From assembly GCF_000011805.1 (NCBI RefSeq), contig NC_006841.2: 32,000 nucleotides of DNA; one strand, 5' to 3'. This document shows, one piece after another, positions 20,049 to 28,809 of the stretch (positions within the stretch are counted from its first letter, which is position 1; each line of letters starts with the position of its first letter). Below the pieces are notes generated by a model. That model was not told the DNA's origin. It saw only the letters and a list, made by a program, of their open reading frames with translations, and did no database searches. The position numbers and the translations under genes are program-made. The DNA comes from Aliivibrio fischeri ES114 (GTDB lineage Bacteria > Pseudomonadota > Gammaproteobacteria > Enterobacterales > Vibrionaceae).

Positions 20049-20135
20049 CCATTAGTCGGGGAGCCAATAGGCTGAGATCGCAATAGCGAACCCGTTGAAC
20101 CTGATTCAGTTAGTACTGACGTAGGGAACTAATGG
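20049..20135 (+). promoter_or_regulatory. TPP (THI-box) riboswitch aptamer
   Basis: P1 ccattagt...actaatgg encloses GGGGAGC...GGCTGAGA...ACCCGTTGAACCTGATTCAGTTAGTACTGACGTAGGGA, matching the THI element consensus. Downstream lie a long hairpin (20174-20207) and a possible SD-sequestering helix, UUCCUA (20217-20222) paired with UAGGGA (20232-20237), before ATG 20247. Confidence 0.9.
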
Positions 20136-20246
20136 TCCTTTTGACACGATCTTTTTAGATCCGTTTCTTTTGGTGAGATCTTACGCTTATACGTAGGAGT
20201 AATCTCATTTGACTGTTTTTCCTAGACGTCAGTTAGGGAAATTAAC

Positions 20247-21125
20247 ATGTCTACATTCACAGCGATAACTTCTTCTAAATCATCCATTCTAAATAATTTA
20301 GCAGCAACTCCTATAGTATTAACCATTGCTGGATCTGATAGTGGTGGTGGTGCCGGTATTCAAGCTGATATTAAAGCTATTTCAGCTACAGGGGGATATG
20401 CCTGCTCTGTTCTTACGGCATTAACGGCTCAAAATACTCAAGGGGTAACAGGAATTTATCCAGTTAGTGGTGAATTTGTTGAACAACAGCTTGATGCCGT
20501 TTTTTCTGATTTAAATGTGATTGCCGTTAAAATTGGAATGTTGAGTGACTCTGATATTATTCACTCTGTAGCTAAAAAAATTAAACAATATGCTCCTCAA
20601 TTTCTAGTGGTTGACCCTGTTATGGTAGCAACTAGTGGAGATTTACTTCTTCAAGCATCTGCAATTGATAGCCTTAAGTCTGAACTACTTCCTCTTGCCG
20701 ATGTAATCACTCCAAACCTCCCTGAAGCCGCAGCATTAATTAATGCTCAAGTGCCAAAAAATGAAGTCGAAATGACAGCAATGATCAATCAACTTCGTCA
20801 ATTAGGTGCTAAGTCGGTTTTATTGAAAGGCGGGCATCTAGAAGATGATACCAATAGTACCGATTTACTTATTCTTTCTGATACCGTTGAGCGTTTATCA
20901 ACGGCACGTATTGAAACTCGCAATACTCACGGAACAGGATGTACTTTATCTTCTGCGATTGCTTCGTATTTAGCTCAAGGTCATGAATTACAAACCGCTG
21001 TGACATTAGGTAAGCATTACATTACTCAGGCAATTATTCATGCGGATGACTTGAATATTGGTCAGGGACATGGGCCAGTTAATCATTTTTTTGCGTTGAA
21101 TGTAAAAGAGTTGCGTGATGAATAA
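20247..21125 (+). CDS. thiD: Hydroxymethylpyrimidine/phosphomethylpyrimidine kinase ThiD
   Basis: LTIAGSDSGGGAGIQADIK, GMLS and a C-terminal HGTGCTLSSAIA motif. Confidence 0.9.
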   Translation: MSTFTAITSSKSSILNNLAATPIVLTIAGSDSGGGAGIQADIKAISATGGYACSVLTALTAQNTQGVTGIYPVSGEFVEQQLDAVFSDLNVIAVKIGMLSDSDIIHSVAKKIKQYAPQFLVVDPVMVATSGDLLLQASAIDSLKSELLPLADVITPNLPEAAALINAQVPKNEVEMTAMINQLRQLGAKSVLLKGGHLEDDTNSTDLLILSDTVERLSTARIETRNTHGTGCTLSSAIASYLAQGHELQTAVTLGKHYITQAIIHADDLNIGQGHGPVNHFFALNVKELRDE

Positions 21126-21864
21126 CGGCATTGGAGTAATCATTTCTAATGGTACTTTACGGTATACAGATAGCCATAGTCCTATTATTTCCGGATTGAA
21201 GATGACGATACCTAAAGGGAAGTGGACTGCAATTCTTGGAAGAAGTGGCTGCGGTAAAACGTCTATTCTTCGTTATTTAGCGGGATTACTGAAAAATAAA
21301 GTCGTATGGTCAGGTGATATCCACATTGATGGGGCAGAAGGCATAGAAGGAAATATTGCTTATATGGCACAGCAAGACTTATTGATGCCATGGTTAAATG
21401 TTATTGATAATGTTTGTTTTGCTAGCAAGTTTTCAGAGGATAGGACAGAAGATAAGAATCGAGCGTTTGAATTGTTAGAGCTTGTTGGTTTAAAAGGCCA
21501 AGAAAGAAGTATGCCGTCACAGTTATCTGGCGGAATGCGTCAGCGGGTGGCGTTAGCTAGGACACTCATGCAAGATAAGCCGTTGGTACTGATGGATGAA
21601 CCGTTCTCTGCGCTAGATGCGGTTACTCGTTATCGTCTACAAGATCTTGCTGCTCAAGTTTTAGTAGGTAAGACGGTTTTATTGATTACTCATGATCCAC
21701 AAGAAGCATTAAGATTGAGTGATAGGATTTATATAATGAAAGGCCAGCCCGCTTCTTCCATTTCTTTAACGGTCCCAAATACGCCGATACCTAGAAAAAT
21801 CAGTGCAGAGCTGGCGGTTCTTCAGCAACAAATAATTGATACTTTAGAGGTCGATTATGTCTAA
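21115..21864 (+). CDS. thiZ: ABC transporter ATP-binding protein of the thiamine-precursor (ThiXYZ-type) importer
   Basis: Walker A GRSGCGKTS, signature LSGGMRQR, Walker B LVLMDEPFS. Nitrate/sulfonate/taurine-type ATPase inside the thi operon. Start is GTG 21115 or ATG 21118. Confidence 0.65.
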   Translation: MMNNGIGVIISNGTLRYTDSHSPIISGLKMTIPKGKWTAILGRSGCGKTSILRYLAGLLKNKVVWSGDIHIDGAEGIEGNIAYMAQQDLLMPWLNVIDNVCFASKFSEDRTEDKNRAFELLELVGLKGQERSMPSQLSGGMRQRVALARTLMQDKPLVLMDEPFSALDAVTRYRLQDLAAQVLVGKTVLLITHDPQEALRLSDRIYIMKGQPASSISLTVPNTPIPRKISAELAVLQQQIIDTLEVDYV

Positions 21865-22675
21865 ATCTCTTCCTATAAAGCAACCTTCACCAACGCCAAA
21901 TCAGGTAAAAGAAAAACCGTTACAAAAAAGCATCAGCGCTATGATAAGGAATGTAATTAGTGCGATTGTTATTTTGGGATTATGGCAATTCATTGTGATG
22001 GCTTTTGCTTTACCTAGTTTCATTTTACCTAGTCCATTTAGTGTATTTTCTCAATTAATAGAAAGATACGACGTGTTGCTTGAGCATTCATGGATAACGG
22101 CTCAAGAGATCTTACTTGGTCTTGGTTTAGGGCTATCCATGGGACTATTGTTTGCCTTACAAATGTTGCTATTTGACCCACTCAGACGTTGGCTATTACC
22201 TATATTAATAGCCAGTCAAGCAATCCCTGTGTTTGCTATTGCACCTATTTTGATGCTTTGGCTAGGTTACGGTATTGCGTCAAAAGTGGTGATGGCTGCC
22301 TTAATTATTTTTTTCCCAGTTACTACCTGCTGTTATGACGGCTTACGTAATACCCCGACAGGTTATCTTGATTTAGCGCACACCATGGGAGCTTCTAAGT
22401 GGGCAATCCTTAAATACGTTCGTCTTCCTGCGGCTTTACCTACATTGGCTTCAGGTATTCGTGTCGCTGTTGTTGTTGCACCGATTGGAGCAGTAGTTGG
22501 GGAATGGGTCGGTTCAAGCAAGGGGTTAGGCTATTTAATGTTGCAAGCAAATGCCCGAATGATGATAGATGAAATGTTTGCTGCGTTATTCATTCTCGCG
22601 GGGCTATCTGTCAGCTTGTATTTTTTAGCAGATGTATTAATTAAAAAACTCATACCGTGGCAACACGATAAATAA
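21857..22675 (+). CDS. thiX: ABC transporter permease of the ThiXYZ-type importer
   Basis: 272-aa multi-TM BPD-type permease. Overlaps the ATPase gene by 8 nt. Confidence 0.65.
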   Translation: MSKSLPIKQPSPTPNQVKEKPLQKSISAMIRNVISAIVILGLWQFIVMAFALPSFILPSPFSVFSQLIERYDVLLEHSWITAQEILLGLGLGLSMGLLFALQMLLFDPLRRWLLPILIASQAIPVFAIAPILMLWLGYGIASKVVMAALIIFFPVTTCCYDGLRNTPTGYLDLAHTMGASKWAILKYVRLPAALPTLASGIRVAVVVAPIGAVVGEWVGSSKGLGYLMLQANARMMIDEMFAALFILAGLSVSLYFLADVLIKKLIPWQHDK

Positions 22676-22702
22676 TGTATAAATAAAAGGACTCAATGAA
22701 AA

Positions 22703-23650
22703 ATGAAGAAGGTATTAATTAAAGGCGCTATGGCTCTGCTCCTTTCTAGTTATTCCATGATAGTAAGTGCAGAAGATAAAACCATAACATTAATGTTGGA
22801 TTGGTTTGTAAACCCAAATCACGGGCCAGTAGTGGTGGCACAACAAAAGGGTTATTTTAAAGAAGAAGGCTTGAATATTACGATTCAAGAACCAGCGGAT
22901 CCAAGTATGCCTGCGAAATTGGTTGCTGCAAATAATATCGATCTGGCGATTTCGTATCAAACCAGTTTAACCATTGACGTTGCTGCTGGTTTACCGTTGA
23001 TTCGCTCAGCTACCTTGATTGCAACCCCTCTGAATACCTTGATGGTACTTGATAATGGAAAAATTAATTCACTGGCTGATTTGAAAGGTAAGAAAATTGG
23101 TATTGCGATTGCTGGCAATGAAGAAGCCACAATTGGAACCATGTTAAAAACAGAAAATGTGAATTTTTCGGACGTCAATATTATCAATGTTGGTTGGGCT
23201 CTCTCTTCGTCATTAGCATCAGGTAAAGTCGATGCAATTTGGGGGGGATTACGTAATTTCGAAACTAACCAACTGGCGTTGGAAGGGTATAAAGCGAAAT
23301 CGTTCTTCCCAGAAGAGCACGGTGTCCCATCGTATGATGAGCTTGTTTTTGTTGCGAATGCTAAAACTTACGATGCAGATGCATTAAAGAAGTTTAACCA
23401 CGCTATCGAAAAAGCAACGCAATTTATTGTGAATCACCCTGAAGAATCATGGAAGACCTTTATTTCTTATGCGCCGGATACATTAAATAATGAATTAAAT
23501 AAACGCGCATGGAATGACACTCTAACTCGTTTTGCATTGCGTCCATCTGCGGTAGATTTGCAGCGTTATGACCGATTTTCTGACTTCATGTATCGACATC
23601 AAATGATAAAAACACAACCAAAAGCCCAAAATTTTGTTCCTGTTCTATAA
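22703..23650 (+). CDS. thiY: Periplasmic NMT1/THI5-like substrate-binding protein (ThiY-type, pyrimidine precursor binding)
   Basis: Signal peptide MKKVLIKGAMALLLSSYSMIVSA, then TLMLDWFVNPNHGPVVVAQQKGYFKEEGL, typical of the NMT1/THI5 fold. Confidence 0.65.
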   Translation: MKKVLIKGAMALLLSSYSMIVSAEDKTITLMLDWFVNPNHGPVVVAQQKGYFKEEGLNITIQEPADPSMPAKLVAANNIDLAISYQTSLTIDVAAGLPLIRSATLIATPLNTLMVLDNGKINSLADLKGKKIGIAIAGNEEATIGTMLKTENVNFSDVNIINVGWALSSSLASGKVDAIWGGLRNFETNQLALEGYKAKSFFPEEHGVPSYDELVFVANAKTYDADALKKFNHAIEKATQFIVNHPEESWKTFISYAPDTLNNELNKRAWNDTLTRFALRPSAVDLQRYDRFSDFMYRHQMIKTQPKAQNFVPVL

Positions 23651-23668
23651 AATTTCTATGGAGGAAAT

Positions 23669-24331
23669 ATGAACCATCAAGACTTGATTCAAGCGTGTCA
23701 AAGCCAATGGAATGAATACACGGAACATAATTTTGTTCAGCAATTAGCACTTGGTGAATTAGCACATTCATCATTTTTACATTATTTAAAACAAGATTTT
23801 TTATTTTTGAAGCAATACACCAGAGCATATGCACTTGCGATTTATAAGGCGAGGACGTTAGCGGAAATGCGAATGGCTTTACCTAGTGTTCAAGCATTAT
23901 TAGATTCTGAAATTGCACATCATGTCGCTTATTGTGGCGAATGGGGGATCTCAGAGTCAGAGATGGAGGAAGAACCAGAAGCTTTTGGTACCGTTGCATA
24001 TACACGTTTTGTTCTTGATACAGGAATGTCAGGAGATGTGATTGATCTCTATGCAGCACTGGCACCGTGTTCTATTGGTTATGCTGTTATTGGTGCGCAA
24101 TTATTAGCGAGTGGATCTACCGTACTAGAGGGAAACCCTTACGCGAATTGGATAAAAATGTATGGTGGAGAAGAGTTTCAAAAAGGTGTCGAAAAAAGCG
24201 TTAAACAATTAGATATCCTACTGAATGATATTGAATTAGAAAGCCAGCGTGGACAGCGTTTATGTCATATTTTTAAAACGGCAACTCGTATGGAAGTGGC
24301 ATTTTGGCAGCAAGGGTTGGATGACGCATAA
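23669..24331 (+). CDS. tenA: Aminopyrimidine aminohydrolase (thiaminase II) TenA
   Basis: 220 aa. [28 protein letters not shown], a LAPC...Y motif and a C-terminal E..FW are typical of the TENA/THI-4 family. Confidence 0.85.
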   Translation: MNHQDLIQACQSQWNEYTEHNFVQQLALGELAHSSFLHYLKQDFLFLKQYTRAYALAIYKARTLAEMRMALPSVQALLDSEIAHHVAYCGEWGISESEMEEEPEAFGTVAYTRFVLDTGMSGDVIDLYAALAPCSIGYAVIGAQLLASGSTVLEGNPYANWIKMYGGEEFQKGVEKSVKQLDILLNDIELESQRGQRLCHIFKTATRMEVAFWQQGLDDA

Positions 24332-24363
24332 AGCGTGTATTAATAAGAATAGGAAAGAGAATA

Positions 24364-25167
24364 ATGACAATCATGAACATACAATACATTGTAGAATGCT
24401 TAGCTTTATTGCGTGAGAAAAAACCGCTAGTTGTTAATATTACTAATTACGTTGTGATGAATAATACAGCGAATGCTTTGTTAGCATTAGGTGCATCACC
24501 TATCATGGCACATAGTCAGCAAGAAATGGCAGAGATGATGAGCTTCTCTGGTGCGTTAGTTATTAACATTGGAACACTAGATAGTGTATGGACACCACGT
24601 ATGCATTTTGCTGTTGAGCAGGCTAATTTAAATAATAAAGCTGTGGTTCTTGATCCTGTCGGTTGCGGTGCTAGCCAATTACGAACACAAGTTGCTCGTC
24701 AAATAGCTGAAGCTGCAAATAAGTTAATTATTCGTGCTAATGCGTCTGAAGTTATCGCCCTCGCTGGTGAAAATGCACAAAGTAAAGGGGTCGATGCACT
24801 AGATAGTAGTGATTCTGCTGTGGGGGCGGCGTGTTACGTTGCACAAAAGTATCAATGTAGTGTGGTAATTTCTGGTGAAACAGACTACATCGTAACTCAA
24901 GATGCACAATACAAATTGAATAATGGTCATGCAATGATGCCGTTTGTTACAGGTATGGGTTGTACGCATACTGCGTTAACCGGTGCCTTTGCTGCAATCG
25001 GTGATGAGTCTGGTGTTGTTGCAACTGCCGTTTTAGGGGTTGCGGGAGAGATTGCAGCAGAGCAATCAGCAGGTCCGGGGAGTTTGCAAATGAATCTATT
25101 AGATACGCTCTATCAGTTAGATGAAGAAACACTCACTCGTCGTTTGAAATTAACGGTTAATGCTTAG
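24364..25167 (+). CDS. thiM: Hydroxyethylthiazole kinase ThiM
   Basis: [33 protein letters not shown] and TGMGC motifs. Confidence 0.9.
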   Translation: MTIMNIQYIVECLALLREKKPLVVNITNYVVMNNTANALLALGASPIMAHSQQEMAEMMSFSGALVINIGTLDSVWTPRMHFAVEQANLNNKAVVLDPVGCGASQLRTQVARQIAEAANKLIIRANASEVIALAGENAQSKGVDALDSSDSAVGAACYVAQKYQCSVVISGETDYIVTQDAQYKLNNGHAMMPFVTGMGCTHTALTGAFAAIGDESGVVATAVLGVAGEIAAEQSAGPGSLQMNLLDTLYQLDEETLTRRLKLTVNA

Positions 25168-25816
25168 GTTTTATAGTATGAATAATCCTTATACATTGTA
25201 TTTAGTGACAGATGAAAAACAAGATATTGATACATTGTGCCATGTTGTTGCTGAGGCGGTAAAAGGCGGTGTCACCATGGTGCAAGTTCGTGAGAAACAT
25301 GGCGATGTACGTGCTTTTATTCAACGTTCTTTAGCGATAAAAGAAATACTAAAAGATAGTGGTGTACCACTAATCATAAACGATCGTGTTGATGTGGCAT
25401 TGGCAGTTCAAGCGGATGGCGTTCATTTAGGTCAATCTGATATGCCAGCACAAATAGCCCGTCAATTGATAGGCCCTGATATGATTCTAGGACTATCTGT
25501 CGAAAATGAAACACAATTGTGTAACGCCCAAGAACTACCTGTTGATTATCTTGGTATTAGCGCGATATTTTCGACACCAACTAAGACTAATATAATTAAA
25601 GAGTGGGGAATTCAGGGGTTGGCTTTTGCGGTAAAAGAGAGTCAATTACCACTTGTTGCCATTGGTGGGATTAATGACTCAAATATTCGAGAGGTTGTTG
25701 ATACCGGCGTTGATGGGATCGCTTTGGTTTCTGCAATTTGTCATGCTTCTTCTCCAAAACAAGCGAGCCAAGCATTGTTGGGTTTAATGAATGATGACGT
25801 AGAATTGAAAAAGTAA
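25160..25816 (+). CDS. thiE: Thiamine-phosphate synthase ThiE
   Basis: [34 protein letters not shown] and IGGI motifs. The start could instead be ATG 25178 ([12 protein letters not shown]). Confidence 0.9.
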   Translation: MLRFYSMNNPYTLYLVTDEKQDIDTLCHVVAEAVKGGVTMVQVREKHGDVRAFIQRSLAIKEILKDSGVPLIINDRVDVALAVQADGVHLGQSDMPAQIARQLIGPDMILGLSVENETQLCNAQELPVDYLGISAIFSTPTKTNIIKEWGIQGLAFAVKESQLPLVAIGGINDSNIREVVDTGVDGIALVSAICHASSPKQASQALLGLMNDDVELKK

Positions 25817-25821
25817 TTCAA

Positions 25822-26634
25822 TTATATAGAATCAGAGCACTTTTTTGGGTGCTCTTTTTTTTGCTCTTCTTTCATATTATACATGCGTTTATCGGAACAA
25901 ATTAGCGCGTTTTCTAAATCATCTTTAGTTGATGTTTTTATGCCATAAGCAAAAGAAATTTGTTCATTACAGAGTTGTTCATGTATGTGTTTAATAAACG
26001 CGCTTGAACGACCTTTATGAGTAGTTACGATAAATTCATCTCCTCCGACACGAAAAGCCATTTCTTGTTTAAGACATGCATTTCTAAGAGCTTGAGAAAA
26101 ACGAATGATCATCAAATCACCAACTTGATGTCCTTTTAAGTCATTCACTTTTTTTAAATCATTTAAATCAAAATAAATAAGGTCAAATTCCGTTAACTTT
26201 ATTTCAGAAAGTTTCCTTCTATTATATAGATTTGTGAGTTCATCTTTCATGGTTTGTTTTGCTAACATTTGCATCATTTGGGTAATACCAACGGCAATGA
26301 GTAAAAACGCAATAAACAAAGAACCATCATCTAACAGGGTATCTATAACTTCAAAATGATCGGCATAAAATTCAATTTGAGGAAACTCTGTTAATAAGTC
26401 ATAAGCTTTATTAAATAAAAGAAGACAAGCACCAGCATGAAGAAATGGATATTTTTTGAAGGCGTTAACAGTGGTTAAAAAAATATAAGTAAGCAAGATA
26501 AGAGTTAAGCCTTCAAAACCAAGATCTGATGAGGACTCAAACCCAATATCGTTATAAAAAAACACACAGACAAAAAGAAAAATGAAGAGAATCGTAACAA
26601 CGATGAAGGGCATTTTCTTATTTGTCATGATCAT
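25822..26634 (-). CDS. Membrane-anchored diguanylate cyclase (GGDEF domain)
   Basis: Several N-terminal TM segments, then DELTNLYNRR...FDLNDLKKVND..GH..GD...RVGGDEF with an intact GGDEF motif. No RxxD I-site is visible just upstream of it. The start is uncertain: ATG 26634 (MIMTNKK) is preferred over the ORF-track TTG at 26670. Confidence 0.8.
   Translation of the reverse strand: MIMTNKKMPFIVVTILFIFLFVCVFFYNDIGFESSSDLGFEGLTLILLTYIFLTTVNAFKKYPFLHAGACLLLFNKAYDLLTEFPQIEFYADHFEVIDTLLDDGSLFIAFLLIAVGITQMMQMLAKQTMKDELTNLYNRRKLSEIKLTEFDLIYFDLNDLKKVNDLKGHQVGDLMIIRFSQALRNACLKQEMAFRVGGDEFIVTTHKGRSSAFIKHIHEQLCNEQISFAYGIKTSTKDDLENALICSDKRMYNMKEEQKKEHPKKCSDSI
25834..25862 (+). terminator. Rho-independent terminator of the thi operon, embedded in the 3' coding end of the convergent GGDEF gene
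   Basis: agagcac-N8-gtgctct followed by T8, 18 nt after the thiE stop. Confidence 0.7.
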
Positions 26635-26736
26635 TAACCATTGTTTATGGGGTGCTGTTAAGTATAACAACTTAGTTTACGATAAAAAACAAGGTGCGAA
26701 GGCGATTTTATCGTTGATTTGTTGTGAAATATAAAG

Positions 26737-26771
26737 AAAAAGCTGCGATTAGAAATAAACAGCAGCTTTTT
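26737..26771. terminator. Hairpin downstream of the DsbD-like gene (possible bidirectional terminator)
   Basis: aaaaagctgc-N15-gcagcttttt, perfect 10-bp arms. The loop is large and the GC core is only 6 bp. Confidence 0.45.
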
Positions 26772-26821
26772 GAGTGGGTATTCACTTTTTAATGTAACGA
26801 TTTGAGTTTTGCTATTCCGTA

Positions 26822-28162
26822 TTATTGATTCGAGCTGCCTTTTGCGTAATTAAGTGCATGAATGACTTCATCGCCATCTAATAAAACTGGAAGAGTTAGA
26901 CCTTGTGGAGTATTAGGCCCATACACAACGGTCAGAGGAACGCCATATCGTTGGTGTTTTTTTAAATACTCCGTTATTTTATGGCTTGGATGAGTCCAGT
27001 CTCCTTGCATGGTAATTACGTTTTCTTGCTGTAATGCAGGGTAGACAGGGTTTTGTAATATCACGCCGATTTTATTAGTTTTACAAGTAATACACCAATC
27101 AGCGCTGACATTAACAAAGACGGTTTTTCCTTGTTTCACATAGTCATCAATAGTACGTTCATCTAATGATTCCCAGCGTAAGTTATCTTCCGTTGGAGTA
27201 ACCCAATATTTGGTGGTCATGCTGCCAACAATAAGTATTGAACTGCTTAAAAAAATAATGACAGCAATAATTGTGATTACCGTATTTTTTCCATGTATAT
27301 GAGCAATTTTATAGAGTAAATAAATACTAAAAAGTAAGGCAATAATTACTGTTAATAAGACTCCAATGAATGGTGAAAGTAAGCTCAATAACCACAATGT
27401 TGAACTCAGCATCATTAAACCAAAGACGATTTTGACTTTGTTCATCCATGGGCCTGATTTTGGCATATATGAAATTAAGTGAGGAAAAACAGCAAAGAAT
27501 AACCAAGGCAAGGCCATGCCCAATCCTAAGAAAGTAAAAATTAATAGCATTTCTAATGTGCTAGCACCTAAAGCAAAAGCGATAGCTGTTCCTAAAAATG
27601 GGGCACTACATGGTGTAGCTAATAGTGTCGCAAACATCCCTTGTATAAAATTTCCGAGTGTTGAATTGTCGCCTTTCTGGGCAATAAACGTTGAAAATCG
27701 ATGCGAAAGCTGTATTTCGAATAATCCCAAAAGGTTAGCTGTAAACAGACCTATTGTGATAGCCATAAAGCCTATAAATAGTGGGTTTTGATATTGGATG
27801 CCCCAACCAATCATTCCACCTGTAATTCTTAAAATAAGTACGCTAAAAGCGAGTAACCAAAATGAAACCAATATTCCTGAGGCAGAAGCTAAAAATTGTA
27901 AACGTATAGATTGGCTATTCATAGAGGATAGAGCGAGCATATTGCTCAATTTCATACCTAAAACCGGCAGTACACAAGGCATAATATTAAGGATTAAGCC
28001 TCCCAATAATGCGATACCAATAATGTTAAATATATTATTTGATTGTATTTCATCAGTAGGTTGGGCTATCGCAGAAACTGAAAAAAGCGATAGAAAAAAA
28101 AGAGTCATTAAAATGATAAATTGACATCGATTGAACGATTTTACTTTTTGAATGATAAACAC
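26822..28162 (-). CDS. DsbD-family thiol:disulfide reductase with transmembrane beta domain and C-terminal thioredoxin-like gamma domain, lacking the N-terminal alpha domain
   Basis: GTG start with GGAG 7 nt upstream. Signal-like N-terminus (...FSVSAIAQP). Membrane cysteines in NIMPCVLPVLGMKL and ATPCSAPFLGTA. C-terminal WCITC thioredoxin motif. At 446 aa it is about 120 aa shorter than E. coli DsbD. Confidence 0.8.
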   Translation of the reverse strand: MFIIQKVKSFNRCQFIILMTLFFLSLFSVSAIAQPTDEIQSNNIFNIIGIALLGGLILNIMPCVLPVLGMKLSNMLALSSMNSQSIRLQFLASASGILVSFWLLAFSVLILRITGGMIGWGIQYQNPLFIGFMAITIGLFTANLLGLFEIQLSHRFSTFIAQKGDNSTLGNFIQGMFATLLATPCSAPFLGTAIAFALGASTLEMLLIFTFLGLGMALPWLFFAVFPHLISYMPKSGPWMNKVKIVFGLMMLSSTLWLLSLLSPFIGVLLTVIIALLFSIYLLYKIAHIHGKNTVITIIAVIIFLSSSILIVGSMTTKYWVTPTEDNLRWESLDERTIDDYVKQGKTVFVNVSADWCITCKTNKIGVILQNPVYPALQQENVITMQGDWTHPSHKITEYLKKHQRYGVPLTVVYGPNTPQGLTLPVLLDGDEVIHALNYAKGSSNQ

Positions 28163-28213
28163 GGTTTTACTCCGAAAATAATTATATGAAAGATATAAGT
28201 TATTGCGGAATTC

Positions 28214-28588
28214 TTACTCGTGGAAAATACAAAATGCTAAATGTCGCCGCACCCTATAAGAAGTGTGAGGTTCTGTGAAGAGGTTGATTTTATCTACTTG
28301 TTTTTGAATTGCTGAAATAATTGCAAGCACCAAGAGAAACATAACAAGAGCTATATCAAAATATGAAGTATGAGCTTTAATAAGGTGCTCACTACTTGTG
28401 CATTTTTCATTGATATTACTTTGATTGTGTGCGGCTTGTTCGTTGAGCTCTGTAATTGTTGGGGTAGCAGGGCATGGATATGATCTAGCTAGGTTTTGAG
28501 ATAAGCAAACGTATAGAACGATAGCTACTAATAAAAGCATCCAAGAAGCAATGGTTTTTTGTTGATATTGTAAGAGTGTGAATCTCAA
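28214..28588 (-). CDS. Hypothetical small membrane protein (2 predicted TM segments, 4 Cys), immediately upstream of the DsbD-like gene
   Basis: 124-aa ORF with a TTG start as drawn (alternative ATG at 28540). Hydrophobic segments WMLLLVAIVLYVCL and IALVMFLLVLAIISAI. I recognise no family. Confidence 0.4.
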   Translation of the reverse strand: MRFTLLQYQQKTIASWMLLLVAIVLYVCLSQNLARSYPCPATPTITELNEQAAHNQSNINEKCTSSEHLIKAHTSYFDIALVMFLLVLAIISAIQKQVDKINLFTEPHTSYRVRRHLAFCIFHE

Positions 28589-28809
28589 AAAGTCTAACTC
28601 AATAACGTAAATTCTTTTGGTATTTTATGTTTAAAATTTAAAAGGTCAATTGCTCCTCGTAACAAATATAAACCTATTGTGAAATAACTACGTTTAATAT
28701 TAGTTCTGTGAATTGTTGGCATGAAAATTGATAATAAAATGAAATAATAATTATGTGTCTACTGCAACTTATAGTAAAGATGTAGATGGAACTACCTGAG
28801 AGAAAAGTT

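Noticed and set aside
23241-23247. G7 homopolymer inside thiY (tgg ggg gga)
   Set aside because: It is unusual in an AT-rich genome, but it is short for slipped-strand phase variation, the reading frame is intact, and there is no biological rationale for switching a thiamine-precursor binding protein.
27516-28124. Two plus-strand ORFs (91 and 108 aa) opposite the DsbD-like gene
   Set aside because: They are antisense to a polytopic membrane protein gene, a frequent source of long spurious ORFs, and have no motifs.
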